A stretch of 64,000 nucleotides of DNA, taken from positions 186,001 to 250,000 of the forward strand of contig BDGG01000007.1 of the NCBI GenBank assembly GCA_001949185.1. The letters are read 5' to 3'. The position numbers were made by a program, and so were the translations under genes. The DNA comes from Ramazzottius varieornatus (taxonomy: Eukaryota > Animalia > Tardigrada). Positions 48,125-64,000 of this stretch are shown piece after piece. Below the pieces are notes generated by a model that worked only from the letters and a program-made list of their open reading frames with translations, made no database searches and was not told the origin of the DNA. The first letter of the stretch is position 1. Every line of letters starts with the position of its first letter.

Positions 48125-49849
48125 TACTCGATGATTCCCTCGGCATCCACGGCAAAGATGGATGAATATCATTTAACTTCTTCGTGCGGCTTAAATTGGC
48201 CTACCTGGGTCCTGTTTTTCGGTTTGTTGGACATGTGACGTGTGACAAACCGCCTATCCAGGCTGAAGAAGCGACAGCGGTCGCTCCTTCCTTTCTGCGT
48301 AACACGGTGGTAATATTACATGGCCACAGACAGGGTGCTGAAGAGTTCCGTGCTTTGGGCCAGAAACTAACTTAGCTGCCATCGCCAGGAAAGTTGCTTC
48401 TTTGCAGAATATAAAAGGCGAGGGTGTGCAGAAAAATGCGAGGAGCTGGCAGAATGAAGAATGAATGTCGGAAGTTAAGTCTCATCCGATGGACAATGTT
48501 CTTTGGACAAGATGATGGCTCTGAGGCTCGTCAGAACACGTTTTGCATTGAACCTTGATTTCGTTTTTGCAGTAACATCTTTGGCATCCTAATACCCTTG
48601 AACACCTGAATTCACAGCATATCGCTGAACTTCGACTTTCGGATCAACACGCCACTTGAACCCTGTACTGTAATTTAACCATAATTTTCCAAGAGGGTGG
48701 ATCAATCGGACCATTTCCGAACTTTCCGTCGATCTGTATACCTTTCGATAGATATCGACGAGCTGAACAAAATGTTTCTCTCATGACTCATTTATCCGTC
48801 CACATGGTCCATAGTCATTCCGAAAAGCTGGCCGGAAGTGACATCACTTGGGCGTCGTCACAAAACCCGCCCTAATCTGGAAACCTTCCGTTCAAACCTA
48901 CGAGGATACTCCAGGCGCTTCCTTCTCGAGGCTCGAAAATTATGCTCAGCCGCCCCAGCTTGCTGCCTAAGTTTTCCTCGCACCAGAGAAAGGAAACGCA
49001 TCGATATATAGTTACAACTTAGCTGATACATTACACCTTTTGATTGACTTGCTGTGATCGTGAAGATGGACTTTGGCGATAATTTGAACGTTGGGTGTTA
49101 TTTGGACGCACATTCCAGTTCTACGACTAGCCTCGACGAAAACGCAGTCGGGAAGATTCACGAGAATCTACTGTATAAGAAGAACTGGAGGCCAAACGAC
49201 GCCTGGTCGACGGATCGAAGGATCCAGAAGGGGACCGCGTGACGCGTGTTATTTGGACCAATGAAAATCTGCTGTCCGATTGCTGCTGCGGTCCTAACTG
49301 GACTCAACGTGGCCATGGCGCAGATCCATGGCGCAGATCCATGGCAGCAACAGCATTGACGTTTAACATGAACCAGCACGTGAAACGTTCTGCTCACTGC
49401 ATTATGTATATTGCAGCATTTATTAGACTGGTGACTGCTGTACTTTCTTGTAAAATGTCTTGTTTGAAGCGCTTCTTGCTTTCTATAAAGTTTTAAGTTT
49501 TTCGTCGCGAGTATCAGCATCGGTGCTGGACCCGCCGCACGCTCTGTTCAGAACAGCTTGTGCCACAAGCTTGAGCTTGAACAGCAATGGCATCTTCGAA
49601 TAAAGTTAGTCGATGAAATTATAAAAAATTTGGTCGACTCTTGGAGTTCAATCCTTGTGGATAGAATATACTGAGTTCTGCATTCATCTATCCACCCCGT
49701 AATTCCATTCGCAAAGTCGTAACCTATTTTGTGATAACCCGATTTCGACGCCTTAGACATCTTTGTGAAGAGCGATGTTTGGTCTTTACGTTCACGTGAC
49801 TTTCCTGGGTTCCACTCGACAAATCAACTGGCAACAACGGCCCAACAAA

Positions 49850-50700
49850 CCCCGAAAAGGCTAATACAGCCTTGTTTGAGCCTCAGTCGCATGATTGAAC
49901 CCCGGTCCGAAAATTTTGCCCTACCAATCCCCTAAGGGATGTTTCGCGCGTATGGTGACTCACTTCGCCAAGTTCATTAAGCATTACAGTATTTCTTATC
50001 GAACCGGTTGCGCCTATATCGCCGCAGTTCGCAAAGTTCACGTGGAACACGGTATATCTTGATACCTGATCCCGCGATTGACAATACCACTGAAGTTGAA
50101 AGGCTGAGCTAGACTCATCAAGCCACTCCCTGACAGGAGAAAAGCCATCACACCACCAGAAATGACCTTCCTGAAGAACGCACTCTCGCACAAGCAAGCT
50201 TTACCAGAAGCCGACAAGTTCACGCTTTGGTCCGCTTTCAACTAGCGTGTCACGGATATCTCTGGGTATCCGAGTACACTATCCCTTTCAAACACTCCTC
50301 ACTCCCCTCGCTCAACTTCTCTGATGTCGCTGTTTCAAGGGGAGCAGTAAAGATTTTCATCAAGAAAGACAAGACGAACCAATATGGTTATCCAGTTACT
50401 GTAGTTTAACCTTGAAAGCAACTAGTCATTGTGCATGTACTGTACGGTCCTGTGCTACATACTCTGTGGTGCGTGAGGTGCAAGTGCCGGCCAGTTCCCC
50501 GTGGTTTCTTTTTTGTATTGGCGACCACCTTGAACGCCAGTAAATTAACTTCTAGCTTAAACGATTTCTCGGGCAATCTTTCGTCTCATAACTCCCGAAT
50601 TGGTGCTGCTACTTCCGCATGTTTATCTGAAGTGCCAGTTGACCAGATCCGTCTAGCGAGTCGCTGGAGGAGCAATGCCTATCTCCATACATTCGACTGG
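49850..50700 (+). mobile_element. Tyrosine recombinase relic of a DIRS/Ngaro-like retroelement
   Basis: LACHGYLWVSEY (degenerate R box), IKKDKTNQYG, SSHNSRIGAATSA (HxxR), IRLASRWRSNAYL. Stops and frameshifts. Confidence 0.75.
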
Positions 50701-51036
50701 CAAAGTAAATCTGTACATCTGTTCTCTTTTCTCGCGTTGGTGTTGTGTGCTTGGGGTGTCGCTCTGGTCAAATTAGGGTCAGCAAACCTTGTGGCCAGTA
50801 GCAGTGTAATCTGCCGGAGGACATTCCTTCAATACCGGCAGTTTCCTTCCTGTTCGTTATCCATCCATGTAACGTGCGCCAGTGTCAATTCTTTTTGTAG
50901 AACGAGACCATGGCCACACATTATCGTTCTCCCAAACAGGGGGCGTTTGAAGAAACTGATTTGTGATGGGCTGCCGGATGGTATTAGGGTACAAAACCGC
51001 TTGGCATGGAGCAACCGGTGACACGGAAGAAAAAAA

Positions 51037-53912
51037 TGGCTCCCAAGTACTTTTTCGTCTGGATCATGTGGTCCAAAGCCAACTGGTTTCCACAAAAACC
51101 GCGAGCTTTCAAAGTGGAACAATTTAAGAAGTTAGTTCTTTCGTTGATTACTGTAGGAATGCTCTGGAGCTTTTTTCGAGACGACGAGCGTAGCACGAAG
51201 CGTCAGTGCATTTGCCCTGTCCCAACCCGAAGTTTACACCGATGCAGAAATATGCTCGACCAACGGGTGCATCTCGCTGGGTAGGCAAGCCTACTCGGGT
51301 GCTCGGCAAACGAACACAAACAGTATCGTTAGTCAGAGTGACGCAGTTAAGAGCTGATAACACCGAAAAAGTGCCTAGCGTAGGAGAAAGCTCTGGTTGA
51401 ATTTGTCAGCCGAGCTCTCAATGGTCGACGGTTCGGGATTCAGTCTCCCTTGTACAAGTGTTCAGCGATAATACGACTAACCTATATGCACCGGATATTT
51501 CAGCACACCAATACTTGTCAGCCATGAACTTTTCGGCCGATCCATGCGAGGACTTCTTTGCTTTCACTTGCAACAACTACTGTATGTTGCAACACATCCG
51601 CCCACCGCAAGCCTGGCTGAGGCCTCTGTTTTCACGGACGTCGAAGCTCGAGTTCGCCCGCAGATTGACGGTACCGGTAAGAGAGAACACATGTGGTCCT
51701 ACGGTCAGTATCACAAGTCACGTGTCGTCAGTCACGTAAAGTTTCCGACCGAGTACTGTCCATGTACATGGTTCATCCGAATATTCTCAGTGGTTCTGTT
51801 TTCAGCCATGCCACAGTTAACGAACTACGACTACAGTATGGAGGACGCGGAAGTGAAAGGCAAGCAAGTGTACAAGCAGTGTCTCGATAATCGTAAGGCC
51901 AACCATGTGCTGACTTCATATACAGTATTTTCTCTAGACTGAAGGATTTGTGCTTGAGGACTCGTCGGGCCTGTCGATGTTAACCCAGTACTCAACTTCA
52001 TGAAGCAGATCATGCCAGGCGGGTGGCCGATGGCGAACGCAAACTGGGATGCCTCGAAGTTCGACCTTTACACCACGCTGTTGGACCTGACCTTTTACGG
52101 AACATATCCCTTCTCTCTGGTCGAAGTCGATGCGAAATATTTGAACCCTACCCAGAACATTTTGAACTTAGCCCAGCCGATCACGTTTGCCTCAAAGGAT
52201 ACACTGCTCAGCGATATTGGACTAGCCACCAGCAACGCCTCCGTCCTACTGATCCTTCAGACATCCCAACTTCTGTTACGCCAGTAACAGTACGCCAGCT
52301 GTGGCGGCTACTGCGGAAGTTTTCGCTAGCCTGGACGAGATTGTCGCTGCTTTAGAACTTTCAAGGGACGATGGGAAGCGTCAAATGGCTAACTACAGTA
52401 TATTGGATGGCAAGTTATCACCGTCAACATTCAGTACCTGACAAAAGACATCCAGGAAATTCACGAAAGCTATCTTCGACGTCTTGGAATGTCCAAGAAG
52501 ATGCCGGAAGGAGGCCTGGCAGAACATGCCAAAAGTTCATGCATCCAGACTCTGCAACCAGCAATGCCGTTGGCGCTGGAAGTTCTCTACGTGAGAAACG
52601 TTGTTTCAGCGGACCTGCAACCCAAGGTAGATTTCCAATCCCAGAAAAATACTTCTAACCATCAGATCTCAAATTTCCCCATGCTGCTCTCAGCAGGTCG
52701 CAATGATGGTGGACGACATCAAAGCAGGTTTTGCCGAGCTGCTGCGGGAACCAACATGGATGGACAATGTTACGATATCTTTGGTACTACGTTAGCTCGA
52801 CAACCTGCTCAGCCTCGTAGGCTACGCCGATGCTGTCGTGGACAACAAAAGAGCGTACCTAAACTATTTAGAAATCAAATTGGATGATCAGCAGGTGACC
52901 ATTGCGCTTACATGCTCTATTCTGTAGGTTGTGATTGGTCCAACATTCTTTGATACCATGCAGACAGTAAAGAAATACCTGGCTCTCAAGGACCTGCGAA
53001 GCATCGATGGGATCAATGACAGATCGAACCCTTTTCTGGACCCGATCGAACGCCTACGACAACCAACAATCTAACGTGATTAGTAAGGTTCTTTGGACTT
53101 GTTGAAACAACGCATATTGTGACAAAAGCAATCGATCTTAGAATCGTAGAATAAAGAACATCTCATTTCTTTCCAGATATCCTTGCCGGTATTCTTAGTC
53201 CACCGCTCTTCGATCCCCAAGTACCGCAATACATAAATTACGGAGGCTGTGGGTACGTTGTTGGTCATGAAATCACTCATGGATTCGACGATGAAGGTTT
53301 GTTCGAATTCGCTGCGCAATAAGCGTAGAGCCACAAAGCAGTCTTACACCTCCTTTATTCTGTTTGGTTTGTTTCAAGGGGCGTTGTTTGATCCGGACAG
53401 TGTTCTTCGTGTTTGGTGGACAAATGCCACAACGCAAGCATTCGTGCAGCCAGCGCAAGGTTTCGTGGACCAGTGCGCTACGTTTTGCGTTCCTGAAGGT
53501 TGCTTGAACGGAGAGTTGACTCTCGGGGAGAACATTGCCGACAATGGCGGAATCAAAGCCGCATACAAAGTAGCGATCAACAATCAAAACACGTAGAAAT
53601 TCACAATGTTGTATGACTTCCCCTTTCAGGGATACTTTGAGTTCTATCGAAAGCGCACATCAGGAGTTCGAAGTGTCGCTTCCAGGCTTCCCGGACCTCA
53701 GTGCGGAACAGATGTTCTTCCTCTCGGCCGGGCACATATGGTGTGGTTCCTACCGAACAGACGTGCAGCAGTTACGCTTATTCAACAATGTGTCCAGCCC
53801 GCCCAAGTACCGTGTGAACGGTCCTCTATCTAACATGCCGGAATTTGCGGAAGCCTTCAACTGTCCGCTGGGGTCAAACATGAACCCGGCCAAGAAAATT
53901 TCCGTCTGGTAA
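51037..53912 (+). pseudogene. M13 metallopeptidase (neprilysin/ECE-like), probably disabled
   Basis: [42 protein letters not shown] (HExxH), TLGENIADNGG, QMFFLS..WC, RVNGPLSNMPEFAEAFNCPLGSNMNP. In-frame stop at 52285-52287 plus frameshifts. Confidence 0.85.
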
Positions 53913-54335
53913 CCCCATAAGATGGCACTCAGCACAGGTCTAACAACTGGTCCTTATGTTTATTCACCGAATCAAACGATCTTTCTGCGCGTGATATTCA
54001 TGATCTGACACAGAAATTAAAATCAACACGGAACTAAAAAAAAATTCGGGAACGCTGAGCGCTTGCGTTTGTTTCTTGAATCGAAAAAGTATCACCAAAC
54101 TCCACAAAGACGTCGCAAGAATTCAAAATGCGATTGAAGCCCAAACAGCAGTGAAAACTCAGTATCAAAACGCTATTTGGCACCTAAAAGCTGGGAGGGA
54201 ACAGGTTGGCACAGCTTCAAAGTAACCACCATTCTCAGTCCGGAGTATCCTCACTCTGTAACAAAACAGTGTCATAAGTAAGATGATACAGCTAACTGAA
54301 AACAAACCTAAAAGAAGTGCAATCAGACTTCCGAG

Positions 54336-55318
54336 CTAGTTCGTTGGTGGACCTACTCGTACCTCACGATGTTTCTTCAGGGCGTTGGCGTACCAAGCCA
54401 ACTGCCGACACATGGTATCACCGGCTCTGGTCAAATACCCACCTGTAGTTTCCTCACCATCTTCCAGAATGGTTTCGTGAACTCTGGGCACCACTAAGAA
54501 AAATATTGAACGACGAGTTTAACTCAGAGCACTTCTCCGGTATCGAACAACAAAGCATGATAGTCTCTTACCAAGCATTGCGGGAACATGGACGGTTCTC
54601 AGCTCAGACAGGAACTGCCTCAGCTGCATGGCCGCTCGGATACCTCCAAACTTGCCTACAAAGACCTTCCTTTTCATTCACCTAGTAAAGAAAATTTAAA
54701 TGCCTTACGCTGAATTTTCGAATTCAAGTACGGACAATCAGACGGGAAGTCAGACAAAAGATTTACCTGCGGAATAAGTTACGATGGCGCTTGGACGGTA
54801 CGCATAACTAGAACGAAAAAACAACAGGTTCAAGAGACTAACCTTCAGTTTTTCGGAAAAACTGGACGTACGAGGACTGCGGAAAGTTTCCCATGAGGGA
54901 AGATGAGGCGGGACTGATGGCTGAATTGTATTCAGCTGCCACCACGACGAAGCCATCCGCGGCTTTGATCTTCTCGTTGATGTGGTGGAGAATAGCAGGA
55001 ACCTGCCTCGGGTTACTGTAAAAATGCAGAGGCTGGATGACTTCTCCCAAGTTCAACTCTTTCGGGTCGAGAACTTCCACTGAATGATGCCGCGTTTCCA
55101 ATAACTGCAGAAACAACTACCAGTATCTCCGTCGACCCAATCATGTCGCTGGTCAAACACGAACCGTATGCGCGATATGGCACGTCATACGGGACACAGT
55201 CAACTATTTTCGTCGATCTAACCTTTTGGACAAATCTACCCACTCGCGCGGCCATCCCATTCCTCCTCACGCTCCCCACGAAAACGAGAAAACGTAACTG
55301 CGATCCCTGAGCCGTCAT
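54336..55318 (-). CDS. NADPH-dependent FMN reductase (flavodoxin-like fold), 5 exons (55223-55318, 54872-55104, 54767-54807, 54572-54655, 54336-54493)
   Basis: FVGSVRRNG, KIKAADGFVVVAAEYNSAISP, RPSAIVTYSAGKFGGIRAAMQLRQFLSEL, QLAWYANALK. Introns are in phase. Confidence 0.9.
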
Positions 55319-55979
55319 GGGTGAGTATGCATCATCATCCCTAACAAGATATTGCCAACTAAAGCAAACAGCAGTTCACCACTGGCAGAAATAGCACAGA
55401 AATTCCTCCCTCCAGCTGTGTCTGACTCCCCTACACAATCTTAAATTCCGCTGCTCTCGCTCGAGATTATGGAGCTCTACATCCAGAGAGGAACATGTCT
55501 ATTGGGCCAAGAACAGGAATCCCTTGGGAACAACTAGACAGGAAAGAGAACTGAGGAAAAATATTGAAGAATGAAATTTTGAAAGTTTAAATTCGGATTC
55601 TTTTACCGATGCGTCAAGCATTGATTCTTGATTGTACAAAGCAGTATCTTGATCAAGTTTGATTGATGTGGGCGATAGCACCGCAAGACTGCTGCAGCAG
55701 GGTTCTCCAGACTCTACAGAACTCCGCTCCAGCCTTCCATCGGCATCAGCTTCTCCACAACACGTTATTCGCTTCACTGCGGAAATTGTTTACTCCGAAG
55801 GAACCATCTTTGGATCTTAGCTGATCAGAACTATACTCTGAACTGACACGATACTGAACTACTACCATCAAAAAATGAAAGATAGGACGACAGCGACTCA
55901 ACGAACAACAGTTTCTTACAATTAAACCCAATGTTAAAAAACAAGAAACGCGATGCGGTACTGGAAATCCTGGAATTAC

Positions 55980-57364
55980 CTATGTGGATTCCAAGCATTC
56001 CTCAAGAACCACCTTCTTTGTAAGAAGATCTATCAAGATCTGCTGCTGTTGTCTCAGGGTTTCCAGCAGGTGCGTTCTCTCCACGTGATCCATTTCCTGC
56101 TTCCGCTTCTCCATTTCCAGTTTCTCTTTGTCGAAGGCCAGACGTTCCTTCTCTAATTCCATCCTTTCTTCTTCCAGTCTGAGCTTGGCTTCCTGTACCT
56201 CCACATCCTTCTTCCACCGCGCTTCTTCCAGCTGATATGTTCTCAAGGCTATCGTATCATGAACTTCGAGCTCTTTCCTCTTCAGCTCTATTTCGTCCCT
56301 TCCCATGCCGAGCTCCTGCTTGTTCGAACCCGAGGCAGTAGAAGGAGTTGCGGCAGCCTCGACGAAGGGATCTGCTGCTGATAGAGCTCGCATCAGCTTG
56401 GCGGGTGTGGTTTCTTCTTCAACCATGTGCACTGGCAGCACTGGAAAAAGAAGTTATCAAACGGCGTCAAAATTAAAACCCACACATTTACTTTGACTTT
56501 GATTGAGCGTCTTGGTCACCAGACTGCACATTGACTTACAGACACAGGCTCAAGAAACCAATCAACACAACTGTTAAATGGTTGCATTAGCACATTTTTG
56601 GCTTACCGTTGGCAATGGATCGTTTCCCATTGCCATTCGGAATCGTTGCGGTCAGAACGACTTCAGCTGTGGAATGTCCGTGGGACCTTCGGCTGTTCTG
56701 CTGGGAGATAGTCAAAGAGGCTTGGCGAAGAAGAGCTTCGTTCGTTTGTGCCTGGTCGGAAACGGCGTTGATGCTCTTCATGGCCGTAATCTGCGTCAGA
56801 AGTTCCACCATTTCTGGTTGGGAGTTCATAGTCTGGCCACAGATGGAGCGCCTCCGGGCGTCCTCAGAAGCAAAGGTGCGTAGAAGACGAGCTAATCGAT
56901 CTTGACAGCTTTTCGTCGTGCAGTCGAAGCCCATTTGCCGCAGAGATCCTTCGATCTGGTCCCATGCTTGACCACGCTGGCCGCGCGCACCGTAGGGATT
57001 TTGCGCCACGACTTGACGCAGCATACACAAGTCTTCTTCCACGGTAAAGTGGTGGCGGCTTTTCGGACTAGGTGCGAGACGTTCTTCTTCCTCCTCTCCG
57101 ACTTCTTGCATGGACTCGCTGGGCTCATCATGTTGGTTTGTGACGAGAAACTCATCCATCGGAGTGCCCTCGTCTGCAAAAGCTCAGCATTATTTCGAGA
57201 CATGCGCCAGCAAACCCATGCAACCGAAGAGTAACACGTATCGAGGCGCTCAGCCAGCGAGAAACTGTGTGAACCGGTAACGCCGACTCGCACCACCCAC
57301 ATACGTATACCCAACTAACTTGTTTACCTGCTGTTTCAGTATGCAGGTCGGTGTCGGCCTTCAT
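55980..57364 (-). CDS. Myb/SANT-like (trihelix-type) DNA-binding protein with C-terminal coiled coil, 3 exons
   Basis: FTVEEDLCMLRQV..NPY..AWDQI..L..CTTKSCQDRL..LL and an E/K/R-rich coiled-coil tail. In-phase model MKADTDLHTETA|DEGTPMDEF..AN|VLPVHM.. Confidence 0.75.
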
Positions 57365-58505
57365 GCCCACCGGCTGAGCTCACTTTAACACTGACAGCCC
57401 CCTTTGATTCATTTTCCTGATTCATTGAAACGTACAACGAATATAAATTCAACGTCATCTCACCGTATTCGGCCTGTTCCGTGATGACTTGCTTCCCGTC
57501 CTCCTCGACCATCGAGAGTCTGGGATGGAGAACTGACCAGCGGGTCAAACAAAAGGAGGCGAGTCGAATCGAGAGGACCAGGTGGGACGAGTTGGAGAGC
57601 GACGTCGAGTGGAATCCGAAAATCAAACTTTCTTCGAGTGTTTTACGAAGTCGCTGTGACTGTTCAAGCCGGGTAAAAATCGCAGTTGTCTGATTCAACT
57701 CAACGCACGTGTACTGCTCAGCTGGTTCCTACTGTTCCTCGCGTTCACTGGTAGCGGCCCCACCCATCCGGATCCGTATCAGGTCCGTGCCAGCCTATCG
57801 CTGATAGTCCCCGCCGTTTTTCTTCTCAAAATCTTCCGATTCCGAACACTGTAGAGCTGCAGTACCGCACCGTTTGCATACAACGGAGTGCCAAAATGCA
57901 GACTGACTCAGCAGTCGCCGTAGATAGAGGATAAACACCCATCAACATTTGCATCGAAGGTCGGAAAATCAAGTCATGAGCTGACTTTCTACGAACCACA
58001 AATTGCAGAAATACTCTGAGCCGCATCGCGGAAGGCATTATTCTCAGATTTCGGAGCTCTAAAACATTCAAAAAATGCTTACAGGTGTAATGGCTTTCTC
58101 GTGAGAATCCGACGGAAACGTCTGTTCAATTGATTTATTCATTTGGTTGGATGGTCGGTGACGTAACGAACATTCGCTCCGCCTCGATATTCACGCAACA
58201 CAATCAATCAACCGTTTACGCCTGTGTCCCACTCTCCGGCAAGGCGACGTACAGCAGCTCATCAGTGCTTCCGAACTCCCGAGCGCTTTCTTACTAGAAT
58301 CTGACCAGAAAAATTCCCATATTCGGAAGTCTGAAGACTTGAGAAGAGCTAAATTTGGTCAGACTGCACTTCCTGTATACAAAAGGCATCCGAAATCAGG
58401 AAGAGAGAAACTTACAAAAATCGGAATAAAACTAAAAATACTTATAGTAGCATGGAGTCACTTGTTAAAGTGCTTCTTCTAGACTCGAAGAGAGTCTAAA
58501 TCAAT

Positions 58506-62835
<4,330 letters not shown>

Positions 62836-64000
62836 CTTTCCGAAATGAAGCTGTAGTATCAGTAACCTTAAGGAGTCAGCAGACTTTGCATGGAACCCTC
62901 AGTATCAAGAAGTATGAATGGATGAGAAGAAAGAAATCCAACTATTCAAACACATGGGAAATCAACAAGTTACAAGTACGAGTAGAATTAATTTTTAAAA
63001 TACCCCTCCGCGCAAGAGGAGCTTAGGGTGCGGGATGTCTTAGCTAGACAGCCTACGCACATCTGCGTGGGCCGGCTGATGGTATGCCGTGCGGGATTTC
63101 TCGGCTGGTTCATCCCTGTGGGAGAGATTAGTAGAAACCAACAAAGTCGGAAAAAGGCGCGCTTCCTCGTCCGGCTCAGCTTGCGCATGACGTTTACGGT
63201 CAGTTGGTCCAGTGACCGCAGTGCATTACTCAGTGGTCAGTGAAGTGCGCTCCGTTGAGCAAAACCTGCACAAGCTCGCCATTCACGCCATGTTCAGTTG
63301 CACTGGCATGCCGAGGCCTGGTTAGGTTTTGCAAACTTGCTCGTCAGTGCAGCTGTATTGATCTTCGTCTTCCAGAATCTGATTATTTGATACAGTCCTA
63401 CCTGTGAGATGTGAAAATTGCTTCTTCTGCAACCGAACAGCGTTTCTGCACGAGACTGCTGGCCATTCACTGGGCAGCACGATCAGCTGTTCGACGTCCG
63501 GTTATGACTTGACCTGATCGAGTAATCAAGCGCATGTCCGATCAGCTGGTCGGTCTCATGCGAACAGCATGGCGAGCAGCCCCGTGTATACACTTACCGT
63601 CCGGGACTGAAATCGGGCGTTTGAACTGTCACATCTCACAGGTATGACTGTACCTGGATAACTGGCTTTCTAACTTCCCAACTCAGAAATTCCCGTTCCT
63701 GGAGTAGTTTTCTCACCCCTCCACCGAAACTGTCTATCGCGAAAAGCTTAACCTTTGTTCTTCGCAGATTCCATGAGTAGTTGCGATGTCGGAGGGGAAA
63801 AGTGTAAGGGCGGAGGTTGCCGTGACAGAGGGGAAGATGGATGTCGCGATCGCCGAAGAAGACCGAGCTCCGAAACGTCGTCGCCCGGTCGCTCCTGCTT
63901 CGCCGTAGAAACGTGCTCAGAGCAAGCCTTATCGCACGGGGTTCTGCACCATAGACGTTTTTCACATTGAATTATCCGACGAGTAACTACTACCACGGCT

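Noticed and set aside
49311-49345. Tandem 13-bp repeat ccatggcgcagat
   Set aside because: Only about 2.5 copies; a simple slippage duplication.
63440-64000. Exon-like segments divergent from MCM3 (MSEGKSVRAE..APKRRRP)
   Set aside because: Stops in the joined frames and no recognisable domain; cannot be called from this window.

Overview
Eukaryotic (animal) genomic DNA with compact genes and many short GT-AG introns. It is not prokaryotic, and no rRNA, clear tRNA or CRISPR array was found. Gene content and architecture suggest a compact invertebrate genome, best guess a eutardigrade (inference only). Left part (1-12.5 kb): 5' half of a GPR158/179-ectodomain-like gene, a decayed intronless orphan ORF, a QGSY-rich low-complexity gene, then an apparently duplicated, decaying block (5'-truncated MRE11, frameshifted BTB gene, orphan 3' half of the GPR158-like gene). 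12.5-24.5 kb is a transposon nest: a hAT abutting a GPCR fragment, an intron-containing piggyBac sitting at the centre of a 242-bp perfect inverted duplication and carrying a hidden 3-exon ORF, a Tc1/mariner element and MITEs, then a Helitron. 24.6-30.4 kb: two SUEL-like lectins, a GT32 glycosyltransferase and a class A GPCR. 30.5-43 kb: MITEs, a gustatory-receptor pseudogene and a CRE-like retroelement fragment. 43.3-45.6 kb holds the best novelty candidate: a 6-exon gene joining an intact ULK/Atg1-like Ser/Thr kinase in frame to a GH19 chitinase/lysozyme-fold domain, with what looks like the GH19's old signal peptide left inside the joining intron. Right part: GPCR pseudogene, DIRS-type tyrosine recombinase relic, neprilysin pseudogene, NADPH-dependent FMN reductase, Myb/SANT coiled-coil gene and MCM3. 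All exon models were derived by hand and need RNA confirmation.
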